Virus record (IMG/VR): IMGVR_UViG_3300001460_000018
Location: 1-64,000 of that record
Length of the DNA: 64,000 nucleotides
Origin: an uncultured virus (IMG/VR IMGVR_UViG_3300001460_000018)
Lineage: Duplodnaviria; Heunggongvirae; Uroviricota; Caudoviricetes
Strand: one strand, 5' to 3'
Part shown: positions 38,854 to 48,418 of the stretch, piece after piece
Numbering within the stretch: the stretch's first letter is position 1
Layout: every line of letters begins with the position of its first letter
Position numbers and translations under genes: made by a program
Notes under the pieces: generated by a model
Told to the model about the DNA's origin: nothing
Databases searched by the model: none
What the model saw: only the letters and a program-made list of their open reading frames with translations

Positions 38854-40022
38854 TGCTTTTAAATATATCACAATATGAAGAAATGAATGAAACATTTCTC
38901 TTGAATAGATCTTGCCCAGAATATGATAAGTATACTAAAGCAGAGTGGCTAGCAGCATATTTGTATATTATTGCACCTGCAGGTGTTGATACGTTTTGCG
39001 AATCTAATATAGAAATGAGCATTAATGACCTTTTATTAGAATCTAACGGGTTTATTAACGAAGGTCTTTTTAAAGACATTAGAAATGTTCTAAGAGGCCG
39101 TAAATTAGTTAAAGCTAAGTATAAAGGATATGACCAAGCAGCAAAAAATTATGTACAAAAGTCAAAAAGCATAAGTGATAATGATAAAGAATCTGAAATA
39201 AAAGATAAAGAAAGAGTTGCATTAAAAAAATCATATGATGCAGCAATTAAATCAATAGATGATAAAGTAAAGAAACCTCTTGATGATCTAAAGAAAGAAT
39301 CTCCAGTAGTTTCAAAATATGAAAAGTATGCTAAGTTAAAATATCAACTAAGTCTTTTTAAATTACATAAGAAGTTTCAAGTTTCTATGGCAAATGTAAG
39401 AGCATATAATTCTGAAATTGCTAGTATAAAATCAGAAATCGGAGAAATTGCTGCAGAGATTGGTAGTATTGAAAAAGAGGTTAAGCAAAAAACCGATGAT
39501 GATGGTGAGCCTATTACAAATAAAGATGCAAAAGACGCAGTAAAGAAAGCAGAAGATGATTCTGCTAAAGATGACGATAAAGATGGTGAGTCTAAAGATA
39601 CTGAACCTTTAACTAAATCTGCTGAAGATGATGAGTCTAAAGATACTGAACCTTTAACTAAATCTGCTGAAGATGGTGAGTCTAAAGATGAAGAACCTAA
39701 AGAAGAACCTAAAGAAGAACCTAAAGATGATGATCCTAGAAGTAAATTAGAGGCAGACATTAAAGGATATAATGATGCAGCTGAACAAGCACAAAAGGAT
39801 ATTGATTCTTCTAACGAAAAGATTAAAGAATTAGAAGATAAAAAGAAATCAGCAACAGATACTGATAAATTTACACAATTAATTCAAAAAGAAAAGAAAC
39901 TTATTGATGACAATAAGGAAGATATTGCTGAGCTCAAAAAAGATGAAAAGAAAGCAAAAGAGGATCTTAAAAAGTTAGGCGAATCTCGTATTAAACCATT
40001 ATCACATTTCTTAAAATCATAA
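38850..40022 (+). CDS. Putative internal head protein, coiled-coil with acidic repeats
   Basis: MNE, LLE and INE sites; ESKDTEPLTKSAED x2; EEPK x3. Confidence 0.6.
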   Translation: MMLLNISQYEEMNETFLLNRSCPEYDKYTKAEWLAAYLYIIAPAGVDTFCESNIEMSINDLLLESNGFINEGLFKDIRNVLRGRKLVKAKYKGYDQAAKNYVQKSKSISDNDKESEIKDKERVALKKSYDAAIKSIDDKVKKPLDDLKKESPVVSKYEKYAKLKYQLSLFKLHKKFQVSMANVRAYNSEIASIKSEIGEIAAEIGSIEKEVKQKTDDDGEPITNKDAKDAVKKAEDDSAKDDDKDGESKDTEPLTKSAEDDESKDTEPLTKSAEDGESKDEEPKEEPKEEPKDDDPRSKLEADIKGYNDAAEQAQKDIDSSNEKIKELEDKKKSATDTDKFTQLIQKEKKLIDDNKEDIAELKKDEKKAKEDLKKLGESRIKPLSHFLKS

Positions 40023-40025
40023 TTA

Positions 40026-40661
40026 GTGCTTCATAAATTTAAAAGGCATAAATATAGGAAAGGGTTTGCAGTAGATAGAATATTTAAAGGATTATCTACT
40101 AATAAATTTTCTAAGAATGGAAGACATTTGTTTACAACTCATAAATATCTTTCTTCCTTTTATGGTGATGATAGGTTTTGTAATATGTTAGTTCAATGGA
40201 ATGAAACTATTTATACTAAAATATCATCTACTAAAGCTAAGCGCCTTTTTCCATTATACCCTTCATTTATTCCACTATATAATCAAAAGACAGTTGTCTC
40301 AAAAAATGATTTTTATAAAATAAGCACAGGCACAGAATATAATTGTATAAATTGTGGAGCTGAAATATTTGTAGAATGGGGATCAAGAAACATTAGGCAT
40401 TTCATATGCAGTAGATGCACTAGTTTACACTTTTTAAAGAGCAACAGCAGCTTTCATTATAGTTCTAATATCAAATCATTATATGGTGAAAAGTTTTCTA
40501 AAAACATAATAGATTTTTTTAAGCTTGAACAAGATAATGAAAAGGCTATTTTAAATAAAATACTTAATAGGCATAAAAACTATTTAAGAAGCATATACCC
40601 TGATGATAAAACTAAAATAAGCGGAATATATAAAAGCATTAAAAATAATCTCCCGATTTAA
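40026..40661 (+). CDS. Hypothetical protein with a CxxC...CxxC zinc ribbon
   Basis: CINC, CSRC. Confidence 0.5.
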   Translation: MLHKFKRHKYRKGFAVDRIFKGLSTNKFSKNGRHLFTTHKYLSSFYGDDRFCNMLVQWNETIYTKISSTKAKRLFPLYPSFIPLYNQKTVVSKNDFYKISTGTEYNCINCGAEIFVEWGSRNIRHFICSRCTSLHFLKSNSSFHYSSNIKSLYGEKFSKNIIDFFKLEQDNEKAILNKILNRHKNYLRSIYPDDKTKISGIYKSIKNNLPI

Positions 40662-41277
40662 TAAGATTCCTAGCAATAGGAATCAAACACCTTTCAGCAT
40701 CTATAGATATATTTGAAATTATTTGTATGTAGTTTTCTTCATTGTTTAAAAAACTATAATTATTTGAATGAAACGTCCCTAAATTAATAATTGATGATTT
40801 TCCTACTTTATATTTTTCTATAATTCCAGTATCACAAGATTCTATAAAATATATAGGAGATTTTCTTTTATTTTTTATTTTATTAAAAATTTTAATATTT
40901 GCAATAATATATTCCATATGAGCTCTTAACTCATAGTACATATTACCAATTACATTATAACCAAATTCAACTATCCTAGTCACTTGAGCATACTCATTAG
41001 AGTTATTAGGTAAATCATAGATGTAATCAAATAGCTCTTTATCATGTTTATTAGCATAAATAATTTCAGAGCTTTCTTTAAAACTTTCGATGTCTTTATA
41101 TCGTTTTTCTATTATTTCAAAATCTGGAAACCAATATCCATTATTTACATTATTTCCACATTTCTTTAAAAACGCCATTAGTTGATATACCTTATATTCA
41201 AAATCTATAGGTTTTTCAATAAACCATGATGGGCTTAATTCATTTTTAATATAAGTCACTTCAGCTATTTCTTTCAT
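40639..41277 (-). CDS. Hypothetical protein
   Basis: 212-aa ORF with WFIEKPIDFEYK. Confidence 0.6.
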   Translation of the reverse strand: MKEIAEVTYIKNELSPSWFIEKPIDFEYKVYQLMAFLKKCGNNVNNGYWFPDFEIIEKRYKDIESFKESSEIIYANKHDKELFDYIYDLPNNSNEYAQVTRIVEFGYNVIGNMYYELRAHMEYIIANIKIFNKIKNKRKSPIYFIESCDTGIIEKYKVGKSSIINLGTFHSNNYSFLNNEENYIQIISNISIDAERCLIPIARNLIKSGDYF

Positions 41278-41283
41278 TTTTTT

Positions 41284-41312
41284 AAAACATATTAACCATC
41301 TATTGTATTTAA
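41284..41312 (+). promoter_or_regulatory. Putative middle promoter
   Basis: AAAACA-N16-TATTTAA upstream of the clamp loader. Confidence 0.5.
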
Positions 41313-41330
41313 CAAATAAAAATACATTAT

Positions 41331-42290
41331 ATGAGCATTAAAAATAGCATTTGGGTAGAGAAGTATAGACCACAAAGCATAGAAGATATGATTCTTCCTG
41401 AGCGGATTATCACTAAGGTAAATAATGGAATTCAGAATCATATGCTACTGCATGGATCAGCAGGGTTGGGTAAAACTAGCCTAGCACGTATCATTGCAAA
41501 AGGTAAAAGCTCTATGTATATAAATTGCTCTATCGAAACTGGTGTAGATACGGTTAGAAATAAGATTACTGATTTTTGTTCAAATATTGCATTAAGCTTT
41601 GAAGGTGTAGATAGAAAAGAAAAGATAGTAATTCTTGATGAGTTTGATGGTGCATCAGATTCTTATTTTAAAGCAATGAGAGGTGCAATGGAACAATTTT
41701 CCTCAACTACTAAATTTATTGCAACCTGTAATTATTTCACTAAGATACCTGATCATATGAAATCTAGATTTGATTGTGTTGATTTTAATTTTAGTAAAGA
41801 AGATGAAAGGGATTTAATAAAGCAATATATCATAAGAGTTCATAAAATTTCTAAAAACGAAGGAATACAAATTACACCACCTGCAATACTTAAAATAGTT
41901 AAAGAATACTTTCCAGATCTTAGAAGTACCATTACTTTTTTACAGAGTATTAACTCTGAAGGTAAGACAGTTATTAACGAAGATGACTTGGATAAATTTA
42001 CAGGAGAATTTAAAGAATTATTTGAAATGTTCTTCATCAAAAAGGTAACATATTTTCAAATTTATAGTTATATTTATAAAAACTATCTAGGTAACGAAGA
42101 TAATGTTATTATGGCTTTAGGAAAGGATTTAGGCGATTACATTAATAAAGAACAAAGCGATAAAATAATGCTATTAGGTCCTATCACATCACTGCAAGCA
42201 GATTGGATGTACAAGTCACAGTTTGTTGCTGATAAGATGAACGCATTAGCAGCATTAGTATTTAACATTCATAAATTAACAAATTCATGA
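41331..42290 (+). CDS. Clamp loader AAA+ subunit (T4 gp44/RFC-like)
   Basis: WVEKYRP, GSAGLGKT, ILDEFD, ATCN, SRF, PDLR. Confidence 0.93.
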   Translation: MSIKNSIWVEKYRPQSIEDMILPERIITKVNNGIQNHMLLHGSAGLGKTSLARIIAKGKSSMYINCSIETGVDTVRNKITDFCSNIALSFEGVDRKEKIVILDEFDGASDSYFKAMRGAMEQFSSTTKFIATCNYFTKIPDHMKSRFDCVDFNFSKEDERDLIKQYIIRVHKISKNEGIQITPPAILKIVKEYFPDLRSTITFLQSINSEGKTVINEDDLDKFTGEFKELFEMFFIKKVTYFQIYSYIYKNYLGNEDNVIMALGKDLGDYINKEQSDKIMLLGPITSLQADWMYKSQFVADKMNALAALVFNIHKLTNS

Positions 42291-43591
42291 AAAAATTAAC
42301 TTACTTAATAGATGGAAACTTCTATTTACATAAAACTTTATCAGTATGCGGAGCATTTGATACAACATCTCCAATGTTTTTAAAAACAGATGATAAAGAT
42401 AAGCAAGAAAAAGATAAAAATTCATTAATACATAAACTCACAATGGATTTATCTTCAGATGTTAGAAAGTCTGCAAATATAATAAATGAAATTATTATTA
42501 CAGTAGATGATTACTCTTGGAGAAATGATTTCTTTCAAGACAAATCATATGCATCATATGAGCCAGATTTAGATAAAAGTGGAAACCTTTTAGATTTAGA
42601 AGGAAATGTAATTGCAACTGCTGAAGAATATAAAAATGCTGAAGCTGAACAATTAAAACACTTACAAGACATTGCATCATTATCAATAGATTATAAAGGA
42701 ACTAGAGTAAAAGACAAATCATTTAATTGGTCTGCAGTGTATTCGATATTTGATGAATTCTTAAAAGATATTAAAGAGCTTGTAGGTATTAAAACTGTTA
42801 AGATTAATGGATGTGAAGGTGATGATCTTATATTTGCCATATCTGCTCACTACATGGCTAAAGCAAAATCTGTTATGATATATAGTGGAGATAATGATCT
42901 TAAACAGTTAATAGGACATAATCATGTAAGTGAATCATTTGTTATACATCATAAGAAAACTGAAAAGAAAATTGTAATGTGTAATGACACTGCACAATAT
43001 CTATTAACAAACGATTCATTAATTAGAAATAAATTTAACGGGTTCACACAAAGCAATGATATTAATTTAGTAGTAGAAGATCCTTTTGATATTATCTTTA
43101 CTAAAATATTAACAGGAGATGATGGTGATAATGTTAGATCAGTTATCATGGAGCCTAGAAAATTTATGTCAGGTAAACGAAAAGGACAGTGGAGAGATGT
43201 TAGAATAGGAAAACGAGCTATTGATAAAATAAAAAAAGAATTAGATTATAATAAATATAACTTTTTAGATTTTTTTAATAATGATTTTATAGTATCTCTT
43301 GCTAATTCAATACTAAGAAACTTTAAACCTACAAAAACTTTTACAACTGATAGCATATGTAATAATATAAAAATTAATAGAGATCTTATGGGATTACATC
43401 ATGGTTGTCTACCACAAAGCATATATGAAACCATGGTTGATTGGATTGAAGAAACTTATGATACTAATGATCTTAACCTAAAAGATATGCTTTCATATAA
43501 ATCTTTATTGCAAAAAAATCCGCACTACACAAAAGATACTTATGAACAGCAATCAACAAGTGCTAACTTATTTAAACATTTAGGATTATGA
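42287..43591 (+). CDS. rnh: 5'-3' exonuclease / T4 RNase H (FEN fold)
   Basis: LIDGN, SWR...YKGTR, EGDD, SGDNDLKQL, GDDGDNV. Confidence 0.88.
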   Translation: MKKLTYLIDGNFYLHKTLSVCGAFDTTSPMFLKTDDKDKQEKDKNSLIHKLTMDLSSDVRKSANIINEIIITVDDYSWRNDFFQDKSYASYEPDLDKSGNLLDLEGNVIATAEEYKNAEAEQLKHLQDIASLSIDYKGTRVKDKSFNWSAVYSIFDEFLKDIKELVGIKTVKINGCEGDDLIFAISAHYMAKAKSVMIYSGDNDLKQLIGHNHVSESFVIHHKKTEKKIVMCNDTAQYLLTNDSLIRNKFNGFTQSNDINLVVEDPFDIIFTKILTGDDGDNVRSVIMEPRKFMSGKRKGQWRDVRIGKRAIDKIKKELDYNKYNFLDFFNNDFIVSLANSILRNFKPTKTFTTDSICNNIKINRDLMGLHHGCLPQSIYETMVDWIEETYDTNDLNLKDMLSYKSLLQKNPHYTKDTYEQQSTSANLFKHLGL

Positions 43592-44022
43592 GTATTGAAA
43601 TTAAATCATATTTTGATATTTTAAAGGTACTTGGTAAACCTGCTTATGATAATGTATCTGCTGTTGATAAAGGTAGGCATATCTTTATGGTTAATAGGCA
43701 TCTTGCTAGGATATATCCTGAATTATCTGCATCATTTAGCCATTTAAAAACCAACCCAGTAATTGCAACGGATTTTTGGAATGGATATTTTAAATTGATA
43801 TACTCTGCTAAGAAAGACCCATTACCTGCCAAAGTTAACTTTGCTAAGCTAACATCACCTAAAAACTCAAAAAGCATAGACCCAGATTGTTTACTATATA
43901 TGGTAAATAAGTTAAGATTAGGATCTAATGATTTATCAGTGCTTAAGAAATTAAAAGAGCCTGAGTTAATTAAATATCTAAAGGAGATAGACAAACTCAT
44001 AAATGAGAAAGTTAAGAAATGA
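43588..44022 (+). CDS. Hypothetical protein, possibly clamp loader small subunit (gp62-like)
   Basis: FDIL...FMVNRHLA pattern; near gp44. Confidence 0.4.
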   Translation: MSIEIKSYFDILKVLGKPAYDNVSAVDKGRHIFMVNRHLARIYPELSASFSHLKTNPVIATDFWNGYFKLIYSAKKDPLPAKVNFAKLTSPKNSKSIDPDCLLYMVNKLRLGSNDLSVLKKLKEPELIKYLKEIDKLINEKVKK

Positions 44023-44642
44023 AATTAACACTTCAGGAAAAATTTTGGATAAGTACATATATTGGCTTATGGTTAATAGTTAGTACAGTAAGTACTATTC
44101 ATAGCGTAGAGTTCTTTAAATTATCAAATGGCATAGGATTAAGCTGGTCTTTAGCTTTAGCCTTTGAATTAGGTGCAATTGCATCTCTTGGAGGTTTATT
44201 AATTTCAAGAGGAAATAAAACGCTTATTTGGAGTTTATTTATAGTGCTAACGATATTTCAAGTACATTGTAATATGTATTGGGCTTGGATAAATGCTAAA
44301 GATTTATCAGAATGGATTCATTTACTTAGTTTAATAGATGAAGATCCTGATATTCAAAAAAGAATATTTACAATAATAAGCGGAGGAATTTTGCCAGTAG
44401 TTGCATTAGGATTTATGAAATCTTTATTAGATTATTTGAATCCTAGTAAATTAGAATCTATTGAAGAGAAGCCTATAGAAAAATCTACTAAAGAGAAGCC
44501 TATAGAAAAATCTACTAAAGATAAGAAGGTTAAAAGCATTAATCCATTTTGGAGTAACCTAGATCCTACAAAAACTTTAAAGGTATTAAACGTATCAGAC
44601 AAAAAAATAGAAAAAGGAACACCGAACAGTTCTAAAAAATAA
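44019..44642 (+). CDS. Four-TM membrane protein with a C-terminal EKPIEKSTK duplication
   Basis: Hydrophobic segments; 27-bp tandem repeat around 44465-44520. Confidence 0.65.
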   Translation: MKLTLQEKFWISTYIGLWLIVSTVSTIHSVEFFKLSNGIGLSWSLALAFELGAIASLGGLLISRGNKTLIWSLFIVLTIFQVHCNMYWAWINAKDLSEWIHLLSLIDEDPDIQKRIFTIISGGILPVVALGFMKSLLDYLNPSKLESIEEKPIEKSTKEKPIEKSTKDKKVKSINPFWSNLDPTKTLKVLNVSDKKIEKGTPNSSKK

Positions 44643-44652
44643 TAAAGTTCTA

Positions 44653-45600
44653 ATGACTGCATATAATAAAAACATCAATATTAATGAAAATGGGCCAAAA
44701 ATAACAAGTAATGGAAACTTAGTATTTAGTGATGTATCATTAAGTCTTAAAGACTTCACACAATCAGTAGATAATTGGAGTAGCTCAACATACTTACTTA
44801 ATAAAAACGAAGAGATTGTGATAGATGGGAAATGGAAATTTTTATTTGTTAGATTACGTTGGTTAGACAAGCCCAAGTCTTCTGATAATGATGGCTCTTT
44901 AACTATATATGATGCATGCTCATCTATATCTTCAGTAGGAAGTAATTGTGGTTGTAGCAGCGGTGCAACTGCAAGCAGCGGTAAAACAGCTCCAATACCT
45001 AGCTTAGCAACTTTTCAAACTACTCAATACACTGAATATATGTTAAGTAACGAATTTAGTTATTTAGATACAACAGTCGCTCTGGGTCCTACAGGTGCAT
45101 CTGCTCCTAAAGTAAAAGATTTATATGATCATCAATTTAGCGCAGTTTTATCCAGTAACTTTTTATACTTTTCTGGAGTAACTGGTGCAACAGGAGCAAC
45201 TGCAAACCCATATCCTGCAAATAAAGAATATTACTCATATGTTAATCAAGCACTAGATGTAATATTTGTTTATAATCTTGATACAAGCAAATGGGTTCTT
45301 GTATCAACTGATACTGCATTAGGTGGAGTTGATGGCACGGCAAATGTTGTAATAAATACTTTAGATACAGCAGATTGGGGCGCAACTAGTCACGAAATAG
45401 GAAATAGTTCAAAATTTATTCCTGAATTAACAAACGGGAATGGGACATTAAAAGTTGATAAGTCAGTAGATTTAGAAGATGTTAATATGCCAGTATCATT
45501 TAAGTTTTCAGAAGTATTATTATTACCTGCATATAAATTCACAGGTAAGATAGTTTCTGACTTAGATAACCAAGAAATAAATATAATGTTAGGTAAATAA
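44653..45600 (+). CDS. Putative virion structural protein with short Gly-X-Y motifs
   Basis: GPTGA, GVTGATGAT; Ser/Thr-rich. Confidence 0.45.
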   Translation: MTAYNKNININENGPKITSNGNLVFSDVSLSLKDFTQSVDNWSSSTYLLNKNEEIVIDGKWKFLFVRLRWLDKPKSSDNDGSLTIYDACSSISSVGSNCGCSSGATASSGKTAPIPSLATFQTTQYTEYMLSNEFSYLDTTVALGPTGASAPKVKDLYDHQFSAVLSSNFLYFSGVTGATGATANPYPANKEYYSYVNQALDVIFVYNLDTSKWVLVSTDTALGGVDGTANVVINTLDTADWGATSHEIGNSSKFIPELTNGNGTLKVDKSVDLEDVNMPVSFKFSEVLLLPAYKFTGKIVSDLDNQEINIMLGK

Positions 45601-45622
45601 TTAATTTTTAAACAAATAGATA

Positions 45623-45865
45623 ATGAGCACAGAAAATGTAAAAGACGCTCCAGAAGCGAAAGCAGAAACTTCACAAGATGTGGATGTTACTAATGTTGGA
45701 CAAGCTATTCATGTATTGATACAGGCAGCTGACTTAGGTAGAAAAAATGGAATATTTGATTGGAATGATTTAAAATTAATTAGCCAATCAATTAGCCTAT
45801 TAGCTCCGACTAAAGAAGATGAGTCAAATGGTCCTGATATTGATAATGTTGCAACAGAAGGTTAG
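45623..45865 (+). CDS. Small hypothetical protein
   Basis: ORF in operon. Confidence 0.55.
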   Translation: MSTENVKDAPEAKAETSQDVDVTNVGQAIHVLIQAADLGRKNGIFDWNDLKLISQSISLLAPTKEDESNGPDIDNVATEG

Positions 45866-47065
45866 ATGAAGGTTGTTTTAACAATGATAGTAAAGAATGA
45901 GGAGCACGTGATGGAGCGTGTTCTTAATTCTTGCATAGATCTCATAGATGCATACTGCATAGTTGACACAGGATCAACGGATAAGACAAAAGATATAATT
46001 AATGCTTTTTTTGATAAGCACCCAAGAATTTCTGGAAAGATAATTGATTTTGAATTTACAAACTTTGAGGAGTGTAGAAATAAATCAATTGAACATGGAA
46101 AAGATCTAGGAGATTATGGCTTTTGGATAGATGCAGATGAAGAGCTTAGATTAAATTCAAGTTGGGACAAAAATAAATTTAAGCAAGAACTTATTAAGCA
46201 AATGCCAGATCAGTTATTGTTTAAATGTGTATATGGTTCATTAAAATATAACAGATCTCAGCTATATAATTTTAAGTCTGATTACCATTGGTATGGCCCA
46301 GTACATGAAATACTTAGAACTAATGATGTAAAGAATGAAAACGCATTAGCATTTTCATATGGTGATGTTTTTATTAGGGCTGAAGGTAATTCATGGAGAG
46401 GAGATGTTAGTAAAAAATACGAAGATCATGCAGATATTTTATTAGAATATCAAGAAAAGAATGATTGGGCAGATCCTAGATGGACATTTTATCTGGCACA
46501 AAGTTATAAAGATGCTGCGTTGATTGCTCTTGGCAAAAATATTAAAAATGAGCGTGGTTTAGATTTACTTAAAAAGTCTATTAATTTTTATAAAGATAGA
46601 GTTGCTACAGGCGGTGGATTTAATGAAGAGATTTATTATTCACAGTTAATGATAGGCAGGCTAAGTTGGTATGTTTCAAGTAATGAGCATGTTATATTTG
46701 AATTAAGCAAATGTGAAGAATATAATTCCAACGGTAGGATTGAGCATATATTTGAATTAACTACTTTGTATAGAAATGCTAAGATGTGGAGAAATGCTAA
46801 GATGGTGGCTGATATTGCTCATGACATTTTACATAATAATAAAAACACAGCTTCTTTATTTATAGAAACTGATATATACACATGGAGGTTTTATGATAAT
46901 ATGAGTGTAATACTTTACTTTAATGGATTATTAGATGAATCTTTAAAAGTAACAGAATGGATACTTAATAAATACTCTAAAGAAATGCCAGATCATGAAA
47001 GAAAACGTATTGAAAATAACGAAAAACTCACAAGAAACGCTATTTCTGCTAGAAAGAACATATAA
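45866..47065 (+). CDS. GT2 glycosyltransferase with a TPR-like C-terminus
   Basis: MIVKNEE, IVDTGSTD, WIDADE, GPVHE, FYLAQSY. Confidence 0.88.
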   Translation: MKVVLTMIVKNEEHVMERVLNSCIDLIDAYCIVDTGSTDKTKDIINAFFDKHPRISGKIIDFEFTNFEECRNKSIEHGKDLGDYGFWIDADEELRLNSSWDKNKFKQELIKQMPDQLLFKCVYGSLKYNRSQLYNFKSDYHWYGPVHEILRTNDVKNENALAFSYGDVFIRAEGNSWRGDVSKKYEDHADILLEYQEKNDWADPRWTFYLAQSYKDAALIALGKNIKNERGLDLLKKSINFYKDRVATGGGFNEEIYYSQLMIGRLSWYVSSNEHVIFELSKCEEYNSNGRIEHIFELTTLYRNAKMWRNAKMVADIAHDILHNNKNTASLFIETDIYTWRFYDNMSVILYFNGLLDESLKVTEWILNKYSKEMPDHERKRIENNEKLTRNAISARKNI

Positions 47066-47261
47066 TTATAAAGTTCTAAACAAATCAAATAAGTATATTA
47101 CATTACATTTATCTGATGGTTCTATGCTACAGATACAAAAATATCAAAGTGTTTGGGATAACGGCGTTTGTAAAGACACTCGTGTTTTATATAATAGCAT
47201 TATATATCATGTTGATGATATAAAGCAAAATGATGATGAACTGATTTTAACCTTAAAATAA
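46995..47261 (+). CDS. Small hypothetical protein (start uncertain)
   Basis: ORF fills the gap before 47267. Confidence 0.4.
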   Translation: MKENVLKITKNSQETLFLLERTYNYKVLNKSNKYITLHLSDGSMLQIQKYQSVWDNGVCKDTRVLYNSIIYHVDDIKQNDDELILTLK

Positions 47262-47266
47262 TTCTA

Positions 47267-47686
47267 ATGGATAATAGTGAATTTAAAAGTGGAGCAAGAT
47301 ACTTTTCAAACGTAGAAAATGTCTTAAAGAGTATAAAAAATATTCAATCAACTATTCATAAACCAGGTGTAAGATCTTCAGATGAATATCCGTTAGCGAA
47401 CTCGTTTAACCTATCATCTAATAATGAAAAGCTTTTAATTAATATGGTTAAAGGGCTTGCTAGTATTATTGATACTCAAAATGATATTTTAAAATATATC
47501 GTATCACATGATAGTAAAGCAATTATAGATGAATCATCTGAAGCTGTTACTCCTGGGCAGTTTTTTATACTTAAGACTCTTGAAACAATCGTAGTAGTTA
47601 AAGAACGAATTAATAAAGATAATGTAAAGGTACATATAATTTCAAAAAGCATAGATAAAATTGTAAATATTAAAGACTTAGAATAA
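47267..47686 (+). CDS. Hypothetical protein
   Basis: ORF coupled to ClpP through TAATG. Confidence 0.55.
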   Translation: MDNSEFKSGARYFSNVENVLKSIKNIQSTIHKPGVRSSDEYPLANSFNLSSNNEKLLINMVKGLASIIDTQNDILKYIVSHDSKAIIDESSEAVTPGQFFILKTLETIVVVKERINKDNVKVHIISKSIDKIVNIKDLE

Positions 47687-48246
47687 TGAATGCACTACCT
47701 ATTCCAATGGAAAGATCCATTATGTTTAGCTCTCAAGTAGACCAAAAGACTATAGGAGCGTTAACTCAAAAAATTTTAGATATTAATAATAATGATGAAT
47801 ATCTAAAGAAGCTTTATAAAATCAATAACTTAGAATATAGCCCATCTCCTGTTAAAATATACATAGATTCATATGGAGGACAAGTCTATCAAATACTTGG
47901 TCTTGTTTCAGTTATAGAAAAATCAAAAACACCTATACATACAATATGCACAGGGGCTGCTATGAGTTGTGGGTTTGTATTACTTATATGTGGTCATAAG
48001 AGGTTTGCATATGAACACTCTACTCCTCTATATCACCAAGTGTCTTCACGGGCTTCTGGTACAGTTAAAGATATGGAAGAAAGTATTAAACAATCAAAAA
48101 ATCTTTTAAAGAAATTAGAAAAAATAACAATTAAGTACACTAATATTACTAAGAAAAAACTAAAGAAAGTTTATAAAAGAAAACAAGATTGGTATTTAAA
48201 ATCTAGTGAAGCATTAGAGCTTGGTGTTATTGATGAAATTATTTAA
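47686..48246 (+). CDS. ClpP-like serine protease
   Basis: IYIDSYGG, AAMSCG (catalytic Ser), YHQ, WYLKSSEALELGVIDEI. Confidence 0.9.
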   Translation: MNALPIPMERSIMFSSQVDQKTIGALTQKILDINNNDEYLKKLYKINNLEYSPSPVKIYIDSYGGQVYQILGLVSVIEKSKTPIHTICTGAAMSCGFVLLICGHKRFAYEHSTPLYHQVSSRASGTVKDMEESIKQSKNLLKKLEKITIKYTNITKKKLKKVYKRKQDWYLKSSEALELGVIDEII

Positions 48247-48335
48247 GATATGTTGAATAAAACAGAAAAAGACATGATATGCCATTTACACATAAAATTA
48301 AAGAAGAAGTGAATCATTATAGATAGTATTAAGAT

Positions 48336-48364
48336 AAAAAAGAACCGCTAGTTACGGTTCTTTT
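48336..48364. terminator. Bidirectional terminator
   Basis: AAAAAAGAACCG-CTAGTTA-CGGTTCTTTT between convergent genes. Confidence 0.8.
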
Positions 48365-48418
48365 CTGTTTACATATGTTTTTATATAAATAGACGTTAAT
48401 CTTATTAAATGTCTTTAT

